64,000 nucleotides of DNA from Anthoceros angustus. Taxonomy: Eukaryota; Plantae; Anthocerotophyta. The DNA lies in contig MU008155.1 in the NCBI GenBank assembly GCA_010909165.1, positions 1,922,001-1,986,000 on the forward strand, written 5' to 3'. The notes under the pieces are model-generated. The model was not told the DNA's origin. It worked only from the letters and a program-made list of their open reading frames with translations, and ran no database searches. How positions within the stretch are numbered: the stretch's first letter is position 1; each line of letters opens with the position of its first letter. Made by a program: the position numbers and the translations under genes. Below are positions 9,591 to 19,637 of this stretch, piece after piece.

Positions 9591-12578
9591 ATGGCCACAG
9601 TATGGCAACTGGATCCGTGGTATACCAAACAACTTGGTGGGTGTACTGGGATTCTGCGAGGAGCTCCTGCTCACCCCACCGAAGAGAGTCAACCGCTTGA
9701 ATACAACCAAGCCTCTGGGTGCAGCATTGTAGCGAATCCAGCGCTCCCTCCAAACTGTGTGACCTTGCAAGGATTTTCCAGCGATGGTCGCCGCCAGGAC
9801 CAGCAGCAGGAGCTGCTGTGGCGACAGTTTTTTCTGGACCCTACTATGTGGTGGGACAAGAGGCGAGACAAGAAGAGCTCTCGTTCGCCTGACTTCCGGC
9901 GTAAGGGGTCTGGCGAGGTCCTCTGGTTAAACAACTTGTGCAAGCCAGCTTGGGTGGATGAACAGCTCGTTTCTTGGGATATGCAGATGAGTTATGGTGC
10001 CTCTCCGTCGCGCCCGAGGTTTCCGAATAAGCCTGAGACTGGCAGTTGTGCAGGATCAGCTGTCACCGTGAGCACGTTATGTCAGCAGGGGAAGCTAACG
10101 GAGGCCTTAGGAGCCCTGGAATCCATGGCGCAGACAGCCTGTCCGATTCCTCTGTCTTTGTTGTACACTGTGTTGAAAGTGTGTTCAGCTAAAAAGGATC
10201 TGGTTGTGGGGCAACGAGTTCATGATCTGTGTGTCAAACTTGGGTACGAGGCAAATACATACTTGGGGAACCATATTCTGCGCATGTATGCATGTGCAGG
10301 TAGGCTACAGGAGGCCATGGATGTATTCACCAGGGTGGGCAAACCAGATGTCTTCATGTGGGGTTCCATAATCTCCGCACATTCTAAACATGGGAAACCT
10401 AAGGAGGCTATACAATTGTACCAGGAGATGCGTAGCTCAGGTTTGAAGGCCGATGCTCACGTCTTTGTTGCTGCCCTTCAAGCCTGTGCGCTTGCTGCGG
10501 ACTTGGATTCTGGCAGACAAGTGCACTGTGATGTGTTGGACAGTGGAATTCCTGCTAACTTGTTTGTTGGCAACTGCCTGGTAGACATGTATGCCAAATG
10601 TGGCAAAATGGAAGATGCACGCTGGGTTGTTGATAGCTTGGCAACAAAGAATATCGTGACATGGAATGCCCTGATTGCTGGGTATGCAAAATGTGGCGAA
10701 CTAGAAGATGCACGACGGGTTTTTGACAGCTTGGATGCAAAGGATGTGGTGACATGGACGACCCTAATTGCAGGGTATGCAGAACAAGGGCTTGGCCAGG
10801 TTGCGCTTGTTCTGTATGGACAAATGGAGCAGGAGGGCTTGATTGTAGCTGACGATGTTACTTTTGCTTGCCTTCTGAAGGCCTGTTCAAGTACTGGTGC
10901 TTTACAGAAGGGCAGGCAGCTGCACTCACAGATTGTGGAAAGAGGACTGCTAAACAATATACTGGTTGGGACCTGCCTTGTCGACATGTATGCAAAATGC
11001 GGTGAACTAAGAGATGCACTGAGGGTTTTTGAGAGCTTGGCCATGAAGACTGTGGTGACATGGAATGCCCTTATAACTGGGTATGCACAACAAGGGCTCG
11101 GACAGGATGCGCTTGTTCTCTATGGACAAATGGAGCAGGAGGGGCTGATTGTGGCTGACCGTGTTACTTTTGCTGCCCTTCTAAAGGCCTGTGCAACTAC
11201 TGGTTCTTTACAGGTGGGCAGGCAGCTGCACTCACAAATTGTTGAACGAGGGCTGCTCAATTGCATAGTGGTTGGCACCTGCCTGGTGGACATGTATGCA
11301 AAATGTGGTGAACTGGAATGTGCACGCCAGGTGTTTGACAGCTTGACTACAAAGGATGTGGTGACATGGAATGCCCTGATTGCTGGGTATGCACAGGAAG
11401 GGCGCGGTCAAGAGGCGCTTGTTCTGTATGCACAAGTGGAGCAGGAGAGCCTGCTTGTGGCTGATGATGTTACTTTTGCGTGCCTTGTGAAGGCCTGTGC
11501 AAGCGCTGGTGCCTTACAGAAGGGCATGCAGCTACACTCACAGATTGTGAAAAGAGGAGTGCTAGATAACATACTGGTTGGCACCTGCCTGGTGGATATG
11601 TATGCAAAATGTGGTGAACTGGACGAGGCACGCCGGGTATTTGACAGCTTAGCTGCAAAAGATGTAGTGACATGGAATGCCCTCATATCGGGGTGTGGTG
11701 CTTGTGATGAAGGCCACAAGGCACTGGCTTGTTTTGAGGAGATGTTAGCCGCTGATATTCAACCTGATGGTGCTACTTTCACTTCCGTTTTAGTTGCATG
11801 CAGTCATGAGGGACTCGTGAATGAGGGTCGCAAGCACTTCAATTCCATGGTGGAACAACATGGCATGAAACCTACTATTGAGCATTACATTTGCATGATT
11901 GATCTTCTTGGACGTGCAGGCCATTTAGATGAGGCAGAGAGCTTGCTTTTATCTTGTGACGGCCAAAGTAATGTTGTGGGGTTGAGGTCTTTGCTCAATG
12001 CCTGCAAAAATCACGGGGATATAGAGAGGGCGACTCGGTGTTTTGAAAGCCTTATTAGACTGGAGCCTCAGCAGGCATCCGCATATGTGCTTATGGCCAA
12101 TGCCTATGCAGATGCAGGTAGGTGGACCGATGTAGGAAGAATTGAATCAAAGAGACTGGCAGCAGGAGCTAAGAAGAAACCTGCAGTGGCTGGCATTGAG
12201 GTGGAGGAGCAGGTACATACATTTGTGGTCGGGGAAAACAGAGATGATATTTCGCTCAAGTTAGAGAGCATGAATGCACGACTGAAACAGGAAGGAGGCC
12301 ACTTGCCACACACGAAGTTGGTATTGAAGTCAGCATCTGAGAAGGAAAAGGAAAATGTTCTTTGCGGGCATGCTGAGAAGCTAGCACTGGCGTATGGTCT
12401 CTTGAACACTCCGATTGGCACACCTCTGCTGGTAACAAAGAATCTACGAATGTGCAGTGACTGCCACATTTCCACCGAGATCATGTCAAGGGTTGAAAAG
12501 AGAGACATTGTCGTAAGGGATGGGTACCGTGTGCATCGGTTTGCAGCTGGTTCATGCAGTTGTAAGGGGCGACCGTGA
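9591..12578 (+). CDS. G2: PDF-motif + PLS PPR + E + DYW:KP (GRP type) editing factor
   Basis: Intact intronless ORF; PDF-like motif 9813-9968; KKKPAVAGIEV, HAEK, CSDC, ends SCSCKGRP. Confidence 0.93.
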   Translation: MATVWQLDPWYTKQLGGCTGILRGAPAHPTEESQPLEYNQASGCSIVANPALPPNCVTLQGFSSDGRRQDQQQELLWRQFFLDPTMWWDKRRDKKSSRSPDFRRKGSGEVLWLNNLCKPAWVDEQLVSWDMQMSYGASPSRPRFPNKPETGSCAGSAVTVSTLCQQGKLTEALGALESMAQTACPIPLSLLYTVLKVCSAKKDLVVGQRVHDLCVKLGYEANTYLGNHILRMYACAGRLQEAMDVFTRVGKPDVFMWGSIISAHSKHGKPKEAIQLYQEMRSSGLKADAHVFVAALQACALAADLDSGRQVHCDVLDSGIPANLFVGNCLVDMYAKCGKMEDARWVVDSLATKNIVTWNALIAGYAKCGELEDARRVFDSLDAKDVVTWTTLIAGYAEQGLGQVALVLYGQMEQEGLIVADDVTFACLLKACSSTGALQKGRQLHSQIVERGLLNNILVGTCLVDMYAKCGELRDALRVFESLAMKTVVTWNALITGYAQQGLGQDALVLYGQMEQEGLIVADRVTFAALLKACATTGSLQVGRQLHSQIVERGLLNCIVVGTCLVDMYAKCGELECARQVFDSLTTKDVVTWNALIAGYAQEGRGQEALVLYAQVEQESLLVADDVTFACLVKACASAGALQKGMQLHSQIVKRGVLDNILVGTCLVDMYAKCGELDEARRVFDSLAAKDVVTWNALISGCGACDEGHKALACFEEMLAADIQPDGATFTSVLVACSHEGLVNEGRKHFNSMVEQHGMKPTIEHYICMIDLLGRAGHLDEAESLLLSCDGQSNVVGLRSLLNACKNHGDIERATRCFESLIRLEPQQASAYVLMANAYADAGRWTDVGRIESKRLAAGAKKKPAVAGIEVEEQVHTFVVGENRDDISLKLESMNARLKQEGGHLPHTKLVLKSASEKEKENVLCGHAEKLALAYGLLNTPIGTPLLVTKNLRMCSDCHISTEIMSRVEKRDIVVRDGYRVHRFAAGSCSCKGRP

Positions 12579-14060
12579 GAATGAAAATCTAGCCAGTGCT
12601 CAGCAGCTGAAATGTTACATGTGGGAATCGGTTGTAAGGACCGTTCGGTTTCAACCGGCCGGAGGTGGGTTCTGTGAGAAATTATATGAACTTACGAGTT
12701 TGTTTTGTCCTGGTAGTGGTGACTACTTCCTTCGTAAATGTTCGTGACAGTTTTACTGGATTTGGATCTGGACAGGATCGGGTGCATGGACGAGCGGACC
12801 CTCGCCGTTTATGAAACGCTGTTCTTCAATTTAGACTCCACCATTTTGGAGGCTTTTGCTTACCTGTAGCTGCAGCGAAGGATCAGCAGCTCAAGAGTCC
12901 GGCCCAGCGAAGAACTAAGCTGGTATTTCATGTCTGTACAGCTGTTCGTCTCTGGCATGACCGTTTCTTCAGGCGTCATCGTCCTATTCATAATCTGTCG
13001 GTGTGGGATTGACCATGTTATCAGGGTGTGCGCCTTCTCAGGCGAAAGCGAACTGCACAGGAGTGGAAATGCTTTCAGGGATGTACGAAGTTGCTGGACA
13101 CGAGATTGTAGCGGTCTTGCCCAGGCTCGCCCTCGAAGCTCTTATGGCATTGAAACAGAGCAGATTGGACGGCATCTGATTGATAGTCTTGGGTGTTCTG
13201 GGGTTAAACTTGTGGCCACCAGACACCAGTATTGGGCCTACAATACAAAATGAATGCGTACTCTGCACTAAGCAGGGGAACCCAACTTCTGGGCAGTCGC
13301 CCAAGACGGGTGCCCTCGGGTTCCCGGTGCCCATGCCCGTCAACAAAGTCCATGCCATAGCTCCAAAGTCCATGCTCATGCCCTATCCCTCGTCGCCCGG
13401 CATGGTAGCGATTGACGGCATGGTGGCCTAAACCTACAGCGGCTTAAAGCGCATGGATTCAGGGTTTTAGGGAGACAAAATGTGTTGGACGTTGGACGAA
13501 CCTACTGGGAGATTGATGATGAAGAAAAAATGTTATCTATGTGGTTTTCAGATGCAATAACTATTGTGTGATTTGCAGACTAAGGATTATGGAGATCAAA
13601 CCTGTGTCTATGGCGATTATTCGTATCCGGGCATTAGTTTAAGTGTGTGAACTTCATTTTCTAATGTATTCTAGGCCGAATGCCATGGCATCTTTCAGAT
13701 TTCATAGTATTGTTCCATGCCACATCAGTCCAGGACAACCATAAACATCGACAAAGTTTCTCATCACACAACTTGGCCACAAAGTTTCTCATCACACAAC
13801 TTGGCCACATGTGTTCCAATCTTTGTCATCCACTTTTTCTTTCTGGTCGTTTGGGTTTTTTGATGACACAATGGACGCAGACAAATGTTTTATCGACATG
13901 CCAGTGGCTATAGACATAGCCATAATCATGTTTTATGGACATGTCCGAGGCCCCATGTGTTCTCACCTTACGAAGACTCCGTATTTATGAATAATTCGTA
14001 CGTTTTTTACAATATATAAAACATTTTTGTGTTCGTCACGCATACATCCTTGTGGCATGG

Positions 14061-15665
14061 TTACTCAATATTGTCGGGCAACTACATCGCCATACCATAA
14101 TTTCTTTACATTTTCTGTTCATCATAACATTCCGTAGACTCTTCATCTTACTCACTCGGTTACTCATTATTGTCGGGCAACTACATCGCTATACCGTCGT
14201 AATTTCTTTACATTTTCTGTTCATCATAACATTCCGTAGACTCTTGATCTTATTAAAGAGAGATTTTATTGAGGTGAAAAAACGATGGGAAAAGCCCATC
14301 TAGGAGGGGACAACCAAAGGGGACCAGGGGGTCGAGGTGAAGAGGAACAACTACCTAAAGTCACCTACTGCACCCACAATGTCATATGCAGGAAGAATAA
14401 ACGGCCTGCAAACCATGGAGGTAGAGGAAGATGCGTCGCCTACTGTCGACGCCTTGTGGAGGATCGCCGTTGAGAGCGCCCATTGAAGGGCAATTGAAAC
14501 CTTGATCTTATTCACTCGGTCACTCGTTACTGTCAGGCAACTACATCGCTATACTGTAATTTCTTTACATTTTCTGTTCACCATTACATTCCGTAGACTC
14601 TTGATCTTATTAAAGAGAGATTTTATTGAGGTGAAAAGCGATGGGAAAAGCCCATCTAGGAGGGGACAACCAAAGGGGACCAGGGGTCGAGGTGAAGAGG
14701 AACAACTACCTAAAGTCACCCACGCACCCACAATGTCATATGCGGGAAGAATAAACGCCGCAAACCATGGAGGTAGAGGAAGATGCGCCGCCTCGACGCC
14801 TTGTGGAGGATCGCTGTTGAGAGCGCCCATTGAAGGGCAATTGAAACCTTGATCTTATTCACTCGGTCACTCGTTCTTGTCGCAACTACATCGCTATACC
14901 GTAATTTCTTTACATTTTCTGCTCACCATTACCACATCGCTGCAACTACATCGCTATCGTAATTTCTTTACATTTTCTGCTCACCATTACATTAGACTCT
15001 TGATCTTACTCACTTGCTACTCATTATTGTCGGGCAACTACATCGCTATACCGTCGTAATTTCTTTACATTTTCTGTTCATCATAACATTCCGTAGACTC
15101 TTGATCTTATTAAAGAGAGATTTTATTGAGGTGAAAAAACGATGGGAAAAGCCCATCTAGGAGGGGACAACCAAAGGGGACCAGGGGGTCGAGGTGAAGA
15201 GGAACAACTACCTAAAGTCACCTACTGCACCCACAATGTCATATGCAGGAAGAATAAACGGCCTGCAAACCATGGAGGTAGAGGAAGATGCGCCACCGCC
15301 GACGCCTTGTGGAGGATCGCCTGAGAGCGCCCATTGAAGGGCAATTGAAACTTGATCTTATTCACTCGGTCACTACATCGCTTGTGCAACTACATCGCTA
15401 TACTGTAATTTCTTTACATTTTCTGTTCACCATTACATTCCGTAGACTCTTGATCTTACTCACTCGGTTACTCATTACTGTCGGGCAACTACATCGTTGT
15501 TCCATAATTTCTTTACATTTCTGTTCACCATAATATTCCATAAACTCTTGCTCTTACTCACTCGGTTACTTATTACTGTCGTGCAACTGCATTGTTGTTC
15601 CATAATTTCTTTACATTTTCTGTTCACCATAACCTTGCGAAGACTCTTGATCTTACTCCGTTACT
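14061..15665. repeat. Composite tandem array: about 100-bp unit A (about 9 copies) interleaved with about 240-bp unit B (3 copies)
   Basis: A = ..GGCAACTACATCGCTATAC..TAATTTCTTTACATTTTCTGTTCA..ACATTCCGTAGACTCTTGATCTTA..; B at 14254-14501, 14611-14848 and 15111-15351, each flanked by TTGATCTTAT. Confidence 0.9.
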
Positions 15666-16624
15666 CATTACTGCCGAGCACTCTCCTTTCCACGCACTCC
15701 CGTTCCCGCTTTAGGCACGAGCTTAGAAATCACAATGATGATCACATACAAACATGAGTCGTGGTAATCATGCATGCGCATGCACGGAGTACGTTCCTCA
15801 CATGGTTTTCATACCAATCTTTCAAACAGCGTTGACTGCAGCTCCTATGATGGAACTTCCGTCTAGTCATATGCATCGCTGTAGTCAAGATTGTGGTTGT
15901 GGATTTTGAAGATTTCCCAAGCAACTACACCAAAGGTTTCATGTATGTCGATGGAGATGAGGAAGGTTGGGAAGAGTGGATGGACTAAGAGGGAGCGAGC
16001 GTGATGTCCATACTTAGTAGTACTAAATATTATACGAAACCAAACTCGTAGCGTTATCTAGAGCTAAGAAGACTAGCGTCAAATCTTTGTGGGCCTACCT
16101 TATTAATGCCTAAAGGTAGGTCCACCCATCCACAAGGTCCACATTGTGAAACAAAACAACCACACGCACGAATGCAACACTCCCGGAACGCAACACTCAC
16201 GCGCGTCATGACTCCTGCGACAGAACGATCCCGGCACACCAGAGTCCTGGGATGAGGTTATCATCAAAGGATGGCGGAGTAACAGGCGTGCAGGGCAAGA
16301 TCAATCTAAATAGGCCGGACACAGAACACCTCCAACAGAGTTTTGTCAATCTGACCCAGCAAGCTCCGGAGGCAAGTAATCTTATCGCTCACTACTATCG
16401 AGCCTCGCTTTGCAAGCTTTGTTACTTTTCTAGAGAATTTGGTGCATTTTCCGATCCCGGATTTTCCCCCTCATGTTCCAAATCACATGTGTCGACATTC
16501 TCTGAATAAAATTACATGTGTCGAAGGTCAAGGACATGTTTCTCCTTGGAGCATGGTGCGTTCGTTATAGCTCAAAGGTATAAGTAAGGCCCCCAGTTCT
16601 AAAACTAAACACAAAGTTTCTTGT

Positions 16625-17263
16625 GTGCAATGTTCAAAACTTGAGAGAAAAATTGCAGCTAGTCTTGCGACTCAAGAGAATCTTGCATCGCCCAAAGTGG
16701 AGGCGGCAAAAACGTGCAAGAGAACAAAGACTTGTAAACTATCGAAAGTACACAAGCGTGAAAAGACGGCATCGACCAATATTTCCGATCTCTTTGTAGC
16801 ACCTAAAGGAACTCGGATACTCAAACAAGATGAGTACAAAGTTGTGCGCGTTGCAGGAGGCGGCAAGTGCCTATTCCGCTCCATGGCAGCCTCAAAATTC
16901 CATAGTTCGAAACCACCGTTGGATGACGAGAGGCAAGGGCATGTGGCAAACGTCCTCCGACGCCGGGCTATTGCCGAGTTGGAAAGACAAAGGCAGATTT
17001 ACGAGGATGTAGTCGAAGGGGACTTCACCGACTATGTCAAAAGGATGAAGAGAAGCACGGAGTGGGGCGGCGAACTCGAGATCCTGATGCTAGCACAGGT
17101 TCTACACCGGCCCATCCGCGTTTATGTGGAGTGCGAGGGCGATGTCATGCCCCTGCAGACGTATGAGCCCACCGAAGCACGCAAGAATGACTCAGGTACC
17201 ATCACCATATGGTACGATGGATGAAGTCATTACAATTGCATTAACCTGCTTCATGGTCACTAG
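16625..17263 (+). pseudogene. Intronless OTU-domain deubiquitinase (plant OTU4-like) with in-frame TGA before the catalytic His
   Basis: VAGGGKCLFRSMA, VEGDFTDYVKRM, WGGELEILMLAQVLHRPIRVY, then IWYDG-TGA(17222)-SHYNCI; no ATG at the ORF start (GTG). Confidence 0.75.
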
Positions 17264-17349
17264 CTATAAAACTTAGTTGAAATACACTATTTACGGAAGC
17301 CAAGGAGGCTCAAAGTCCTATATAACAATCCAGTTTTAGATCATCCATA

Positions 17350-17480
17350 TTTTTTTACATTATGTGGAACCTTGTTCTAAGTTATCGTTCCACTCGCGCA
17401 AGTTAGGAGTCACATTTTTATACATTATGTGGAACCTTGTTCTAAGTTATCGTTCCACTCGCGCAAGTTAGGAGTCACAT
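17350..17480. repeat. 65-bp tandem duplication
   Basis: TACATTATGTGGAACCTTGTTCTAAGTTATCGTTCCACTCGCGCAAGTTAGGAGTCACAT at 17356 and 17421. Confidence 0.9.
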
Positions 17481-18221
17481 GACAAAACAATCCCGACACA
17501 TAAACGATAGTCTGGGGATGCGACTTTTCCGCAAGTTTGAAATATTTGTAGAAGAGGCCCTTGAAGGACATGATGAAGAGGAGGCTAAGCAACAACTTGG
17601 TTCTTTCATGGAGCATGATGACGATTTGGCTATGGCTTACAAAAAGAGGTCTTAGACCTTTGTGTGATTCTGGATTGGAATTTTGAATAGGAGTAGAATT
17701 TCCTTGTTATGCTAAGTACAATTATTGATTTTTAATTTGTATCATTTCATATATATAAATTTATCTATTTTAGGATGATTAATTTTGAGCATTTCATTTA
17801 CGTATTTTATGGCATCCGTTATATCATTTCACGTATATAAAAGTATCTAAAATAAATATATGAAAAAAAACATCATAAAATTCTATGATCTACGTAAAAT
17901 TTTATGGGTACATGAAATATTTTTCGGACGGCATAACTATGGGACTCCTCTATGGCATACCAAAGAGGACAGAGGGGGCGGGGCACTTTTTTCGTAGGCG
18001 AAACTTTTGTTCACATCACACATCTTTTTGGTGTCCGGTTTGGTAACCCGATTGAATGGGGTAGCCCAAAGCGGACGCACCAAAGCGGCCACTTCGCGCT
18101 CACCGGTACACACAAAGGGAACTTCGTAGCCGCAGAGGCCCCGTAGCTTGCAGCTATAGCATGTGCGGGCTAGCAGTGGAGGAGGGTTCCATGCTCTCCT
18201 TCGAGCTCACCCGATCCTAAT

Positions 18222-18743
18222 ATGTGGAGTGATGTATTTTACAGGTCTTATGACTCGAAAAAGCCAATGCATCCTCTGTGCTACGAGGAGCTCGATGTGC
18301 TATTGCAACATGCCGAGGACCACAACAACCTCATCTGCCACATAGAGAACTACCCCTTGGACTTCGAAGTTCTTTTCGAGCTGAGGAAATGTGGCCACAG
18401 ATATTTGGACTGGACCTGGACTTCATACTGTGAGAGTGCCTTCCAGAAGCTGGAAGCGCACTATTTCATGCATACTCATTTTGATGGGTGGCCATTGGGT
18501 CCTAATGATCACTGCGAAGCTTCGCGATCGAAGCACCGGGAGTCACTGGAGGACTTCAAGATGTGGATGGCCAAGTTCCACTCCGACAGCTTGACTCATA
18601 GGTTGCACGGCTGGCCCCGACGCTATCGCCCCCTCCTGGATTTCATCACAACCTCTTCTACGAACTGGACGCACGCCAACCATGTCTTGTGGAAGGAGAT
18701 GAACAACTTCTACACCATCGAGGACAGTGATCATGGGGGTTAG
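18222..18743 (+). CDS. Orphan 173-aa ORF, function unknown (His/Trp-rich)
   Basis: ATG-initiated uninterrupted ORF with globular-protein-like composition; no family recognised. Confidence 0.4.
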   Translation: MWSDVFYRSYDSKKPMHPLCYEELDVLLQHAEDHNNLICHIENYPLDFEVLFELRKCGHRYLDWTWTSYCESAFQKLEAHYFMHTHFDGWPLGPNDHCEASRSKHRESLEDFKMWMAKFHSDSLTHRLHGWPRRYRPLLDFITTSSTNWTHANHVLWKEMNNFYTIEDSDHGG

Positions 18744-19637
18744 GACTGGTGGTCATCGGCTTTAGGCACCTTGAAGTAGGGGTTTTGTTAGGACATGGTG
18801 GTGGAGGCCTTTAGGATTCAGGTTTGTAGGTTTGCAACCACGCGGCCGGCGCGGCCGGCGGGTTAGGGTTTGGCGGCCATGGGATAGCATCGAAGAAAAC
18901 TTAATCGCACAAGGTACAGCGGAAGACTCTTTATTTTCTGAAAAAATTTGGTCATTCCCACATGGAGAAGCTAAGTCTGGATGCCCATTAATGTTCGCTC
19001 CTACAATCGGGGAGTGCCACATCATCGTGCGTTGGGACACCGAGATGGATGAATAATCGGAAGCACACAAACTTCCGCGAAGCTTTCGAGCTAATAAACC
19101 CGATTCTGATTTTCGCACCATAAGCAGAGAAAGGAGGGGAAGAAAAAATTCGACGAGGCTTACAAACCCTTATCAGTACTGCACAATTCTGTGCCACATG
19201 ATTGCACCCTAGATGGGAGTTGGGAGCTAGGTGTTTGCCTATGAAATATGAACTATCAAGCAAAACAATGTAGACGCAGACCCCATCGGGGACATGAATA
19301 TTATCAAGGCACTTACCCTACCACCAATAGGGAACACCTTGAGAATTATGCATGTCTAATTGTATATAGCTCGCAGGGACCTCGCGGCCTCCCGGGGCGA
19401 GCATGTTAAGGGTACGGGGATCGCACAGGTAGGAACGGCACTTAGCCCTACCTTGGGCACCACACGGGTTCTGACAGGAATACGAAGCAATCATCCAGTG
19501 GCAGGGCAGGCAGCACACGACTTTGATATCTGTTCAACCCGATCGATGGGTTCTCTGTGGTGATTTCAGCTGCAGATTCTTCCCCGGACTCCCACTGGCC
19601 ACATCCCACCCCCTGAGCACTGGCTAGATCTTCAATC

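Noticed and set aside
12900-13460. Several overlapping 80-110 aa ORFs after G2
   Set aside because: No recognisable domain in any frame; probably degenerate TE or intergenic sequence.
14061-15665. CRISPR-like repeat-spacer appearance
   Set aside because: Units are 100-240 bp, the intervening sequences are near-identical rather than unique spacers, there are no cas genes, and the context is eukaryotic.
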